A DNA stretch of 64,000 nucleotides from assembly GCA_963422645.2 (NCBI GenBank), contig CAXXVO010000008.1, positions 192,001 through 256,000 of the forward strand, in the 5' to 3' direction. Within the stretch, counting starts at the first letter, position 1, and every line of letters starts with the position of its first letter. This document shows positions 33,851 to 44,637 of this stretch, piece after piece. This stretch comes from Alphaproteobacteria bacterium. GTDB taxonomy: Bacteria; Pseudomonadota; Alphaproteobacteria; UBA828. Both the position numbers and the translations under genes were made by a program. The notes under the pieces are model-generated. The model saw only the letters and a program-made list of their open reading frames with translations. It did no database searches and was not told the DNA's origin.

Positions 33851-34540
33851 ATGCAGTCTAAGGCGGCTTCGGGCGTTCGGCGTTGGGCGCAGCGCGCTGC
33901 GGGGGCGGTGCTTGTGGCGGTCGCGCTCTTCGCGCTGCTCTGGTCCGGCGGGCTCGCGTGGTTCGCTGATACGGCGGGCGAGGGGTCCAAACAGCCCGAT
34001 CTTGCGACCGAGGCCATTATCGTCCCGACCGGCGGTTCCGGGCGCCTGGAGGAGGGGCTCCGCCTGCTCGAAGACGGCCTCGCGCAGGCGCTCTTCGTTA
34101 CCGGCGTCGCCGAGGGGGTCGAAAGAGCGGAGCTGCGCGCTCGCCACGATCCGGCGCTCTGGGCCTGCTGCGTGGAGCTCGGATACGAGGCCGAGGACAC
34201 AGCGGCGAACGCGCAGGAAGCGGCCGCATGGATGGCGGACCGCGCCTTCACCAGCCTTCGCCTGGTTACGAGCGGCTACCACATGCCAAGGGCCATGATG
34301 GAGTTCCGAAGCGCCATGCCAAGTGCTACTCTAGTGGCACATCCTGTGTTTCCGGATCACGTCAAGGTCGAGCATTGGTGGCGCTATCGCGGGACCGCAG
34401 CCCTGATCGCGAGCGAGTTCACCAAGTATCTGTGGGCACTGGTGCGCCGGACGCTCGGTCTCGGCCTGCGCAGGCGCACACCCTGGGGAACACGCTCCGC
34501 TCGGTACTCTGCACGGTCGCATTCTACACCTGGGGGGTGA
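33851..34540 (+). CDS. YdcF/DUF218 family protein
   Basis: IIVPTGGSGRL, T..NA.E, LVTSGYHMPRA, E..KY; the 3' end overlaps plsC and is uncertain. Confidence 0.85.
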   Translation: MQSKAASGVRRWAQRAAGAVLVAVALFALLWSGGLAWFADTAGEGSKQPDLATEAIIVPTGGSGRLEEGLRLLEDGLAQALFVTGVAEGVERAELRARHDPALWACCVELGYEAEDTAANAQEAAAWMADRAFTSLRLVTSGYHMPRAMMEFRSAMPSATLVAHPVFPDHVKVEHWWRYRGTAALIASEFTKYLWALVRRTLGLGLRRRTPWGTRSARYSARSHSTPGG

Positions 34541-35265
34541 TGATCGGCACCGTCATGGTGCCGATGCTGGTGCTGCCGCGCAGCTGGTTCCGCCAATTCG
34601 TGATCACCTGGTCGGCGGGCAACGGTGTGCTGCTGAGGATCATCGCGGGCGTCCATTCCGAGATCCGCAACCGCGAGCACAGGCCCACGGGCGCCGCGAT
34701 CATCGCGTCCAAGCATCAGTCGGAGTGGGAGGCTCACGTCTTCCTGCACGAGCTCGACGACCCCGCCTACGTGATCAAGAAGGAGCTCTCCTACGTTCCC
34801 GGCTACGGCTGGTTCTCCGCCAAGGTGAACATGATCTTCGTCGACCGCCACGGCGGCGGAAAGTCGCTGCGCGGGCTGGTCAAGGGCGCGCAAAAGGCGG
34901 TGGCGCGCGGCCGCCCAGTCGTGATCTTTCCTGAAGGCACGCGGGTCATGCCGGGGGAGAAGCTGCCCTACCGGCCGGGAGTCGCCGCCCTCTACGGCGC
35001 TCTCAACGTGCCGGTGGTGCCGGTGGTTCTCAACTCGGGCATGCATTGGCCCAAGGGCTCCATCAGACGCTATCCCGGCACCATCGTCATGGAGTATCTG
35101 CCGCCGATTCCGCCGGGGCTGCCGCGGCGGGAATTCATGGAACGCCTCGAATCGACGATGGAAGAGGCATCGCAACGGCTCTTCGCCGAACTCTATGGCG
35201 CCAAAGACGAGCCTGCGCCCGAACAGGCCGAAGACACCGAACCCGGACAAGCCGACGCGGCATAG
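34483..35265 (+). CDS. plsC: 1-acyl-sn-glycerol-3-phosphate acyltransferase
   Basis: KHQSEWE, KKEL, FPEGTR, PVVPV.LNSG; start uncertain (CTG 34483 or GTG 34537). Confidence 0.88.
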   Translation: MGNTLRSVLCTVAFYTWGVMIGTVMVPMLVLPRSWFRQFVITWSAGNGVLLRIIAGVHSEIRNREHRPTGAAIIASKHQSEWEAHVFLHELDDPAYVIKKELSYVPGYGWFSAKVNMIFVDRHGGGKSLRGLVKGAQKAVARGRPVVIFPEGTRVMPGEKLPYRPGVAALYGALNVPVVPVVLNSGMHWPKGSIRRYPGTIVMEYLPPIPPGLPRREFMERLESTMEEASQRLFAELYGAKDEPAPEQAEDTEPGQADAA

Positions 35266-35559
35266 GTCTTGGCCCGGCCGCTCCGGCCCGAGTCTTCGAT
35301 CGCGCGGCCGCCCCATTGCACTATATTCAGACTTCCTGACCTCGTGATGCTGGCTGTTCTGGGCAGCGTGCCGGGAACTCCTTGAATTCTGATACATTTC
35401 GGTTGTTTCAGGCGGTTTTTCGCTGGGTGTCGCGCCCGAGTGTTGTTAAGCGTGGAAAAGTGACCCCCTATTGGGGGTGATCGGCGTCCAAAATTGACCC
35501 CCTTGGATTTGTGTCCATGAACACACCTCGTCGTTTGGACGGACGGGGTGGTGGGGGAG

Positions 35560-37074
35560 ATGCTGGTTGTGGAAACGATCGCGAAGATCCGTCGGGATCA
35601 TCTGGTGAAGGGCGTTCCGATCAAGAAGCTCGCCCGGGATTTGAGGGTTTCCAAGAACACGATACGCAAGGTGGTGCGGGGCGATGCGACCTCGCACAGC
35701 TACGAGCGCAAGATCCAGCCGATGCCGAAGCTTGGGCTGTGGGTGGAGGAGCTTGAGCGCCAGCTGAAGGCCAACGAGAAGAAGGCACGCAAGGATCGGC
35801 TGTCTCTTCTGCGGATTCATGAAGACCTTGTGTCGCTGGGCTACAAGGGCGGCTATGACGCGGTTCGCCGCTATGCCAGGGCCTGGCGGCGCCGGTGGCG
35901 GCTGTTGTCGCCGGCGCAGGCCTATGTGCCGCTGATCTTCGATCCCGGCGAGGCCTACCAGTTCGACTGGAGCCACGAGTACGCGCGTCTGTCGGGCGCG
36001 ACGACCAGGGTGAAGGCGGCGCACATGCGGCTGTGCCACAGCCGGATGTATCTGGTCCAGATCTTTCCCCGCGAGAGCCAGGAGATGGTCTTCGAGGCGC
36101 ACGAGCGTGCCTTCCGCTTCTTCGGCGGGGTCTGCCGGCGGGGCATCTACGACAACATGAAGACGGCGGTGAGCACGATCTTCGTGGGCAAGAAGCGGGA
36201 CTACAACCGCCGCTTCCAGGAGCTGTGCTCGCACCATCTGGTGGAGCCTGTGGCGTGCACGCCAGGGGCTGGCTGGGAGAAGGGGCAGGTCGAGAAGCAG
36301 GTGGGTGACCTTCGCGGCCGCCTGTTCGTGCCCATCCCGCGGGGCCGCTCCTACGCCGAGATCAACGAGTGGCTGATGGATCGGTGCATCGAGGACGCCA
36401 AGAAGCATCCGCATCCGACAATCCCGGGCAAGACGGTGTGGCAGGTGTTCGAGGAGGAGCAGCCCTTCCTGATGGCGTATCGCGGCCCCTTCGACGGCTT
36501 CCATGCCAGCGAGGTGTCGGTCTCGAAGACCTGTCTGGTGCGCTTCGACAACAACCAGTACAGCGTCGCGGCCCGCGCCGTCGGCCGGCCGGTGGACGTG
36601 CGGGCCTATGCCGATCGGATCGTCATCCGCCAGGACGGCGAGACCGTTGCCGAGCACCCCCGCAGCTTCGGGCGCGGCCGGTTCGTCTACGATCCGTGGC
36701 ATTACGTGCCGATCCTGACGCGGAAGCCCGGCGCGCTACGCAATGGCGCGCCCTTCAAGGACTGGCAGTTGCCCAACGCGCTCGGCCGCCTGCGAACCCG
36801 GCTCGCGGGCCACGACGACGGCGACCGGCAGTTCGTCAAGGTGCTCGCGGCGGTGCTGGAGGACGGACTGGAGGCGGTTGAGGCGGCCTGTGCCGAGACG
36901 CTCGACTGCGGTGCCTGCAGCGCCGACGTGGTGCTCAACATCCTCGCCCGGCAGCGCCAGCCGGCACCGCCGGCAATCATCCCGACGCCCGAGGGCCTGC
37001 AGCTTCGCCACAAGCCGGTAGCCGACTGTCAGCGCTACGACAGCCTGAGGGAGGCCGGTCATGGAGCGTCATGA
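35560..37074 (+). CDS. istA: IS21 transposase IstA
   Basis: N-terminal [34 protein letters not shown]. Confidence 0.95.
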   Translation: MLVVETIAKIRRDHLVKGVPIKKLARDLRVSKNTIRKVVRGDATSHSYERKIQPMPKLGLWVEELERQLKANEKKARKDRLSLLRIHEDLVSLGYKGGYDAVRRYARAWRRRWRLLSPAQAYVPLIFDPGEAYQFDWSHEYARLSGATTRVKAAHMRLCHSRMYLVQIFPRESQEMVFEAHERAFRFFGGVCRRGIYDNMKTAVSTIFVGKKRDYNRRFQELCSHHLVEPVACTPGAGWEKGQVEKQVGDLRGRLFVPIPRGRSYAEINEWLMDRCIEDAKKHPHPTIPGKTVWQVFEEEQPFLMAYRGPFDGFHASEVSVSKTCLVRFDNNQYSVAARAVGRPVDVRAYADRIVIRQDGETVAEHPRSFGRGRFVYDPWHYVPILTRKPGALRNGAPFKDWQLPNALGRLRTRLAGHDDGDRQFVKVLAAVLEDGLEAVEAACAETLDCGACSADVVLNILARQRQPAPPAIIPTPEGLQLRHKPVADCQRYDSLREAGHGAS

Positions 37075-37789
37075 TGTGCTGGAGATGATGACCCAGCTGA
37101 AGCTCGCAGGTATGCGCGCCGCTTACGACGACATCCTTGCCGACGGGCTCAAGCGCCGCCATCCGGTGCAACAGATCATCGGTACGCTGCTGCAGGTCGA
37201 GATCGCCGACAAGAGGGCCCGCTCGATCAAGTACCAGATGGCCTCCGCCAAGCTGCCGACGGTCAAGGAGCTGGCCGACTTCGACTTCGCCGCCTCGCCG
37301 GTCAACGAGCCCCTGATCCAGGAGCTCGCCGGCGGCGGCTTCCTCGAGGGCAAACGCAACATCGTGCTGGTCGGCGGCACCGGTACCGGCAAGACCCATC
37401 TCGCCGTCGCCATCGCGCGGTCCTGCATCCGCAAGGGCGCGCGCGGCCGGTGCTACAACGTCGTCGACCTGGTCAACCTCCTCGAGGCCGAGCTTCGCGC
37501 CGGACGCCAGGGCCGCACTGCAGACCAGCTCGTCCGCCGCGACTTCGTCATCCTCGACGAGCTCGGCTACCTGCCCTTCGCCCAGGCCGGTGGGCAGCTG
37601 CTCTTCCATCTGATGAGCCGGCTCTACGAGCGCACCTCGATCGTCATCACCACAAACCTCGCCTTCGGCGAATGGCCATCCGTCTTCGGCGACCCCAAGA
37701 TGACCACAGCGCTGCTCGATCGCCTCACCCATCATTGCGAGATCATCGAGACCGGCAACGAGAGCTGGCGCTTCAAGAACCGCTCCTGA
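37061..37789 (+). CDS. istB: IS21 helper ATPase IstB
   Basis: [33 protein letters not shown]. Confidence 0.96.
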   Translation: MERHDVLEMMTQLKLAGMRAAYDDILADGLKRRHPVQQIIGTLLQVEIADKRARSIKYQMASAKLPTVKELADFDFAASPVNEPLIQELAGGGFLEGKRNIVLVGGTGTGKTHLAVAIARSCIRKGARGRCYNVVDLVNLLEAELRAGRQGRTADQLVRRDFVILDELGYLPFAQAGGQLLFHLMSRLYERTSIVITTNLAFGEWPSVFGDPKMTTALLDRLTHHCEIIETGNESWRFKNRS

Positions 37790-40027
37790 CCCGCCGCCGG
37801 CCTCCCTTGCGGCCCGGTTGCCCCGGTGGGCCAACAGGGACCCCCCACGCGGCTTCGCTCCGCGTAGCGCAGGGCGCCACACGAAGCCGCGCGGGTCCCC
37901 CCTATTGGCTACCGGGACAACCTCCGCCGTGCCACTCAGGGGGGTCAATTTTGCACGCCGATCGGGGGTCAGTATTGAAAGCCGATTGACAACCTGGCCG
38001 AGGGCGAAGCGGGGTTCATGAAGCCCCGGCGCGGTCGCGGGCCGTCGGTGTTCACTCCGGAGTTGGCGGAGAAGGCGACGGCGTTGCTGGCATCGGGCCT
38101 GAGCGGCTCTGCGGCGGCCCGGGTTCTCGGCGTGTCAGCGCCATCGGTCAACAAGTGGCGCCGTCAGGGACTGATCGGCAACACGGAGGCGGATGGGGAG
38201 CCCGGACGCTCAGCGCTGGCTGCGCCGCCTGACGCGGGTGCGGCTCCTGAAGGCCGTGTCGATGAAGAGAGTACCGGTGCCCCGGGGCCGGAGACGGCGC
38301 CGGGGCTGGAAGCGCAGCCGCAAACGGATCGCAGCGCGCGCGATCGGCGGGACCGGCAGGCGCCGATGGGGCGTGCGACTTGCGATGTTCCGGCTCGGGT
38401 TCTGGCCAGTTGTGGCCTCCTGCGGGTCCACATTCTTGGCCTCGCAAACGACGCCTGCGACCGTTGGATCGATGCGGTTCTGAGCGACCTGAACGCCACC
38501 GAAACGGTCTTCCCCGGCACCCGTCTGCGCATAGTCTACGACATCGACGGGGCCTCGGAATCCGCGCGGCTCGTGTCACCTAAAATCAGCAGAGGTCAGG
38601 AAGTCTGAACTTATCGAGCGGATGGGCGCGCAACCCACGCGCCGAACAACAAATGAGACGCGCAAGCCGTCTCTCATGCCCCCCGAGTTCTGCTTCCGCC
38701 TCGCGCGATGGAAGATTAGACGGGGCCACTATGAGCATGACGAAAACCCGAAATGATTGGCCCAATAGGCACCAAGTGGTTTCCTGCGGGTCGGGATCGT
38801 GGCTTGGGAATGGATTTGACAGAAGCCTAATGTTGTTCGTCGTGGAGCCTTAGCTCGTTCGAACGTAGCCGCCCCTGCCGGGCCGCCGGAGGGGCCGATT
38901 TCGAGGCCCTTTCGGCCTCGATTCCGGGCTATATTTCCAGGCGTTCAGGATTAGTTTTCATCGTTTGGGCCGACTTTCGGGTGGGTACATCGGTCCAAGA
39001 CATAACGGTGGACCACTCCCAATGGGGGAGGATCATATTCACACGCAGCCGGACCGAAGGAAGCGCGACTCATGAGAACGCTTGAGCTCGATACAGGACC
39101 GAACGGGCTGCCCACCTGGAAGGCCATCTATGAAGCGCCGGCCAAACTGAGCCTGAGCGCAAGAGCGCAGGCGGCTCTCGCACGGTCGCACATGACTGTT
39201 GCCGGGATTGTCGAAGGCGGCGATGCGGTTTACGGCATCAATACCGGCTTCGGCAAAATGGCCGACACCCTGATCCCGCAGGACGCGTTGGCAACCCTGC
39301 AATCCAATCTTGTGTTGTCCCACACTGTCGGCAGCGGCGCGCCCTTATCGCTGCCCGAAACTCGTCTGGTCATGGCCCTGAAGATCGCCTCGCTGGCGCA
39401 GGGGTATTCCGGAGTGCGGCCCGAACTGGTGGACCTGATGATCGCCATGGTCAATCACGATGTTCTGCCGGTGATCCCCTGCCAGGGCTCGGTCGGTGCA
39501 TCGGGGGATCTTGCGCCGCAGGCCCATCTGGCGGCCCCGTTGATCGGTGCGGGTTTCGTTCATGCCTTCGGTCAGGTGATGGCGGCCGAGGAGGCCCTTG
39601 CACGCGCCGGGCTGACGCCGCTGACACTGCACCCCAAGGAGGGCCTGTCGCTGCTGAACGGCACGCAGGTATCCACCGCGCTCGCATTGACCGGTGCCTT
39701 CGAAGCCCGGCAGGCGCTCGACACCGCCGTTATCATCGGGGCACTGACCAGCGAGGCCGTCCTGGGCTCGGTGCAGCCGTTCGAGGATCGCCTGCACCGG
39801 ATCCGACGTCACCCCGGACAGATCGAGATCGCCCGGCGTCTGCGCGCGCTCACCGCCGGTAGCGAATTCCGCGGCGTTGCTCTGACCGATGGGCGCCGCC
39901 AAGACCCGTATTGCATTCGCTGCCAGCCGCAAATCTTGGGCGCCTGCCTCGAGCTGCTGGACAGCGTCGATGTGACGCTCGAGCGCGAGGCGGATGCGGT
40001 CACCGACAATCCGATCGTATTCTCAGA

Positions 40028-41078
40028 ACCGCTTATGCACATGGCTCCGGTCGCGAGAGTTTGCCACCAGATGTTGAGGTTGAGGTTAGGGCGGGAGAAC
40101 GGGTAGAATGTTGCCTATACGTTCCTGCCGACGGAGCCACCACATGAAACAGGTCGCCGACAGCCTCCTCGCCTTCCAGCACATGTTCCCGGACGATGAC
40201 GCCTGCGCCGCCTGGCTGATCGAAATGCGCTGGCCGGACGGCTTCGTCTGTCCCGCGTGCGGCCATGAAAAGGGATGGGCGCTGCGCAGAAAAGCACACA
40301 CCTTCGAGTGCGCCGGCTGCCGCCGGCAGACCTCGGTGACGGCCGGGACGATCCTGCACGCCAGCAAGCTGCCGCTCACCGTCTGGTTCTGGGCCGCCTA
40401 CCTGATGGCGACCCACTCCAACGGCATCTCTGCCCTGCAGCTCCAGAAACAGCTCGGTATCGGCTCTTACCGCAGCGCTTGGCTGCTCGCCCACAAGCTG
40501 CGCGCCAGCATGGTCGACCCCGAGCGCAACCCGTTGTCGGGCCTGGTGGAAATCGACGAGGCCAGCCTTCCATTCCGGACCAAAGACGATCCTCCCACCG
40601 GAGGGCAAGGACGCAGCCACGACGGCAAGATGCTCATCGTCGGCGCCATCGAACTGGGGGATGGAACCATCCCGGGCCGCCTGCGGCTGGCCGAAATCTC
40701 CTCCTACGGCGCCGCCGACCTCGGACACTTCGTCGAAACCGCCGCCGATCCCGACGCCATCGCGAAAACCGACGGCTGGTCCGGCTACGCTGCGGTCCCC
40801 GCCGATCGCCACAATGTCCATGTCGTCGGGAAGACCGCCGCTCACCTCGTCCTGCCGTGGATCCACCAAGTCTTCTCCAACCTCAAAGGATGGGCGCGAG
40901 GCGTCTACCACGGGCTGCGCCGCAAGCATCTGCAGGCCTATCTCGATGAGTTCGCCTTTCGCTTCAACCGCCGCAAAACCCGCCACGCTGCTTTCCGCTC
41001 GCTCTTCCGCATCGCCACCAATGCAAAACCCCTTACCTACAGCATGTTGATCGAACCGGAGCCATGTGCATAAGCGGT
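40028..41078 (+). mobile_element. IS1595-family insertion sequence
   Basis: Perfect 24-bp IR ACCGCTTATGCACATGGCTCCGGT; 8-bp TSD TTCTCAGA (40020-27, 41079-86). Confidence 0.95.
40144..41073 (+). CDS. IS1595 transposase
   Basis: [11 protein letters not shown] zinc ribbon, VEIDE, TDG, YLDEF.FRFNRR. Confidence 0.93.
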   Translation: MKQVADSLLAFQHMFPDDDACAAWLIEMRWPDGFVCPACGHEKGWALRRKAHTFECAGCRRQTSVTAGTILHASKLPLTVWFWAAYLMATHSNGISALQLQKQLGIGSYRSAWLLAHKLRASMVDPERNPLSGLVEIDEASLPFRTKDDPPTGGQGRSHDGKMLIVGAIELGDGTIPGRLRLAEISSYGAADLGHFVETAADPDAIAKTDGWSGYAAVPADRHNVHVVGKTAAHLVLPWIHQVFSNLKGWARGVYHGLRRKHLQAYLDEFAFRFNRRKTRHAAFRSLFRIATNAKPLTYSMLIEPEPCA

Positions 41079-41805
41079 TTCTCAGATACTGGAGACATCC
41101 TGACGGGCGGAAACTTCCATGCCGAACCGGTGGCCTTCGCCGTCGACCAGACAGCCCTCGCGATCTGTGAGATCGGCGCCTTGTCCGAACGGCGACTGGC
41201 GATGATGGTGGACACGGGCCTCTCGGGCCTGCCCGCCTTTCTGACCAGTGACGCCGGCCTCAGTTCGGGTTTCATGAGCGGCCAGATCGCCGCCGCTGCA
41301 ATGGTCGCCGAAAACCGTCAAAAGGCGCACCCGGCGTCGGTGGACAGTATCCCCACTGTGGCCAATCAGGAGGATCACGTTTCGATGGCAACCCATGGCG
41401 CGCGTCGCCTGACGGGCATGATCGAGACGCTCAACAACATCCTGGCGATCGAGCTTCTGGCCAGCGTCGAGGGGACCGACCATGTCGGGCTGGCATTGTC
41501 GCCAAGGCTGGCAGCGGTCAAAGACCGTGTCCGCGCCCGCGTGCCGCGCATGAACAAAGACCGTTGGTTCGCTCCCGACTACGCCGCCGCCCGCCACATG
41601 GTCAAATCCGGCGAGATCGCGGAAGCCTGAGGAGCCACGTCCTCTCTACCACGCGACGCGGAGCCTTGGGGAGGACGGTTTCGAGCGGCGTACTGTCCGC
41701 TCACGCGCTCAAGATTGGCCATCCCCCTTCGGTCCGCCACGTCATGCCTGCGCGCTCGGCAATGCGGACCGAGGCCTCCTGTGCCGAATGGAGGGTCGCT
41801 CTCTC

Positions 41806-41885
41806 GTCTTGCTCGAAGCGGAGATCGACGAGATTCTGAGCTGCTTCGGCGCCGCGCTCGAAGACACGCGGACGATGGTGCGCCG
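41806..41885 (+). pseudogene. Possible C-terminal remnant of a class-III aminotransferase
   Basis: LLEAEIDEILSCFGAALEDT resembles the terminal helix of omega-amino acid transaminases; very short. Confidence 0.3.
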
Positions 41886-42007
41886 GAGAGGGACCTCCCC
41901 CGACAGAATACGTCAGCGCTCGGCGTCGATGGCGCCGATGAACAGCGCGGCCCGCCCGGCGCTTATCACCCGTAGCCCAGAATTCACGTGGCTCCGGCTA
42001 TCGCGCT

Positions 42008-43453
42008 TCAGTTAACCGGCAGGCAGAAGGGAGACAATTCGTCGGCGCTGCGCTTCGCCCAGTCCAATTCCGGAATTCGGTCGAGCGCCCGCTTCTGGCC
42101 TTCTTGCAGACGGTCGAGCGCATCGTCCTGATCGATTGTGAGTACCGTCCGGTCCTTCACCACGAGTTCGCCGCCCACGAAGACGTCGCGGACCGCGGCC
42201 GCTGTGCCGGAATAGATGAGGCACTTCAGCGGATCGCGCACCGGCCGCATCGAGGGATGACGCAGATCGACCAGGGCGAGGTCCGCCTTGGCACCGACCG
42301 CAATACGCCCCAAGTCATCCCGCCCGAGCGCGCGCGCAGCGCCGAGCGTCGCGATCTCGAACACCGCGTCGGTCGAGAGCAGATCGACGTGGCCGCTCGC
42401 CACCTTCGACATGAGGCCGGCAATCCGCATCTCTTCGACCAAGTCGTGCGGGTAGCAATCGGTGCCGAGCGCCATGTTGACGCCGGCGGCACGGTATCCG
42501 CCCAGGCTGCGCATCATGTCTCCCCACTGGGCGAAGGCGCGCGGGCAATGCACAACGGTCGTCCCGGACCGGGCGAGGCGTTCAAGGTCCTTGTGCTCGT
42601 GGTGATTGACCCAGGGATGCTGGTCGATGTCGATGGCGTGCCCAAGAAGCGTGTTCGGGCCGAGCACGCCGATATCGTCGAGCCACTCGATCGGTGTCTT
42701 CCCATGGCGCCGGATCATCTCACGATGTTCCATGACGGACTGCGCGGCATGCGTCTGCAACGGAATATTTCTGGATTCAGCGGCCTCCTTGCACCGTCGG
42801 AACATCTCTTCCGTGCAGGTATCGGCCTGGGCCGGCCCGACCATTCCATGCAACCGGCCGCTGGGATGCGCAATCGCGTCGTCGATCAGTTCGAGTGCGC
42901 GTTCGAGGTTCTCGAACCCCTTCTCTTCGTACCACTCGTAGAGATGATCCTTGCCATCGGACGTGTACCAGTGGGCGGACTGCACCATGGGACACGCATA
43001 GGTCCGAATGCCCGTGCCTCCCAGCATGTCCACCCAGCCGTCGAACGGCAGGCCCGAGCAGTAGAGTTCCGCCATGGTGGTGCAGCCGCTCTTGAGCAGG
43101 TCACAGGCCGACGCTTGCGTCGCGGCAGTCGACGACTCCTTGTCGTCCTGCAATATCCACGTGTACTCGAGCAGTTGGGTCATCCACATATGCTTTGTGG
43201 CAAGGTCTTCGAAAAATCCCTTGCCATGCATTTCCATGTAGCCATGCAGATGAAGGTCGAGCGTTCCGGGAAGAACTAATAGATCCTCGCCGTCGATGAT
43301 CTGCTCGGCTTCGCCGTCGTAATCCTTGCCGACATGGGCGACCGTATCGTTCGTGAATGCCACGTCGGCGTTACGGAGATAAGCGTGGCCATCCGCCTCC
43401 CGGTCGTAGGCCACGATCCAGTCGGCGTTCCTGATCAGTGTCGTACCAGGCAT
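42008..43453 (-). CDS. Amidohydrolase (Atz/Trz/MTA-SAH deaminase-like)
   Basis: PG..DLHLH, THAAQ, LGH, HCP, ALGTD, ATLGAARALG, G.KADL. Confidence 0.9.
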   Translation of the reverse strand: MPGTTLIRNADWIVAYDREADGHAYLRNADVAFTNDTVAHVGKDYDGEAEQIIDGEDLLVLPGTLDLHLHGYMEMHGKGFFEDLATKHMWMTQLLEYTWILQDDKESSTAATQASACDLLKSGCTTMAELYCSGLPFDGWVDMLGGTGIRTYACPMVQSAHWYTSDGKDHLYEWYEEKGFENLERALELIDDAIAHPSGRLHGMVGPAQADTCTEEMFRRCKEAAESRNIPLQTHAAQSVMEHREMIRRHGKTPIEWLDDIGVLGPNTLLGHAIDIDQHPWVNHHEHKDLERLARSGTTVVHCPRAFAQWGDMMRSLGGYRAAGVNMALGTDCYPHDLVEEMRIAGLMSKVASGHVDLLSTDAVFEIATLGAARALGRDDLGRIAVGAKADLALVDLRHPSMRPVRDPLKCLIYSGTAAAVRDVFVGGELVVKDRTVLTIDQDDALDRLQEGQKRALDRIPELDWAKRSADELSPFCLPVN

Positions 43454-43695
43454 GACATGACTCCCATCGAATAGCGTTGAATTGCGTCTTCACATGTGGC
43501 CCTAGACGGCGGCGACGCCGATCCGGCTCGTCAGTCGATTGCCGAACCGCCGCACGGTATCGCCCAGATCAATTCTGCGACCGACGTCGGGGGCCAAAGC
43601 ATCCCTGCCTGACCCAGCATCCCCTCCCTGCACTCGGCTCCGCCTCCGTCCCGCGCGGCGGCGGTCTTCGTGGCTCCGCGTCAAGCTCGATCGCA

Positions 43696-44601
43696 CTACT
43701 CGGCGGCTAACCTCTCCAGTTCGGGCACCATGCCATCATAGTACGGCAGCTGGTCCACCCGGGGCGTCCAGCTGCCGTCGTCGATGCAGGCCTGAACGTG
43801 CAGGCCAATCTCTTCCATGGTCGCGAACCAGACGCCGCCTTTGTTTTGCATGTACTCGATCATTTGCAGGACGCGGCGGCAACGGGCGAGACGGCCAGAG
43901 ACGAAGGGGTGCCAGACGGTCACCCACAAGCCGCCAAAGTCGTACATCGCCTCGAATTCGGACATGAAGACGTTCATCGCCTCGTCCGGCGACTTGATCG
44001 TCATCATGTAGTTCATGTCCATCGAATGGGTGTAGTGCGGCCAGTCGTCCATCGCCCAGTGGGAGGGAAGCTCGATGACGCTTCCCTGCGCCGTCTTCAA
44101 TATGTACGGCACGTCATCGCCCATCAGGGTGGCGTCGTAGATGAAGCCCTCTTCGATCAGCAGGTCGGGAGAATACTTGGACGCATTGTAGAGCGGGCCG
44201 CGCCAGCCGCGCGGGCGTTGCCCGGTCATCTTTTCGATGACCTCGATCTGCCGTCTGAGCCAGTAGTGCTCCTCCTCCCGAGGCAACTTGTTGGGATCCT
44301 CGTGGATGTAGCCGTGGGCCGCAATTTCGTGGCCGCCTTTGAGAATCATGTCGACGAGATGGGGGTAACGCTCCATACACCAAGCTGGGTAGAAGAAGGT
44401 CTGCTTGATGCCGCATTGCCGATACATGTCGAGAATGCGCGGGATCGCCACCTCGTCGTATTTCAGCCATGACAGCGACGACAGCATGGTATCCGCCCTC
44501 TCTCTATGCTCGAGATGCAGGATGCTGTCGGTATCGATGTCAAAGGTTATGGCCGCAGCACACTTGGCGCCGTCCGGCCAGGGAACGGGGTTCTTGATCA
44601 T
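43696..44601 (-). CDS. Polysaccharide deacetylase-fold hydrolase (PuuE/PgdA-like)
   Basis: WPDGAKCA..ITFD.D, TFF.P, HEIAAHGY.HE, GWRGP, HPFVSGR. Confidence 0.88.
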   Translation of the reverse strand: MIKNPVPWPDGAKCAAAITFDIDTDSILHLEHRERADTMLSSLSWLKYDEVAIPRILDMYRQCGIKQTFFYPAWCMERYPHLVDMILKGGHEIAAHGYIHEDPNKLPREEEHYWLRRQIEVIEKMTGQRPRGWRGPLYNASKYSPDLLIEEGFIYDATLMGDDVPYILKTAQGSVIELPSHWAMDDWPHYTHSMDMNYMMTIKSPDEAMNVFMSEFEAMYDFGGLWVTVWHPFVSGRLARCRRVLQMIEYMQNKGGVWFATMEEIGLHVQACIDDGSWTPRVDQLPYYDGMVPELERLAAE

Positions 44602-44637
44602 GGCAGCTCCTCCTTGGCGCTCCGTCGGGTCGCCGGA

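Larger units (their letters stand above)
35444..37991 (+). mobile_element. IS21-family insertion sequence
   Basis: TGT...ACA ends with repeated TGACCCC / GATCGGCGT..AAAATTGACCCC motifs; carries istA and istB; no target duplication seen. Confidence 0.93.
35328..38607 (+). mobile_element. Deleted copy of the unclassified DDE element, interrupted by IS21
   Basis: IRs CAGACTTCCTGACCTC / GAGGTCAGGAAGTCTG. Segments 35328-35440 and 37992-38607 match the element at 56584-59095; about 0.3 kb is lost beside IS21 and about 1.5 kb internally. Confidence 0.9.
39072..41630 (+). pseudogene. hutH: Histidine ammonia-lyase interrupted by IS1595
   Basis: YGINTGFG, LVLSH, GASGDLAP (MIO), [17 protein letters not shown]. 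Removing the IS and one TSD copy restores [19 protein letters not shown] in frame. Confidence 0.92.
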
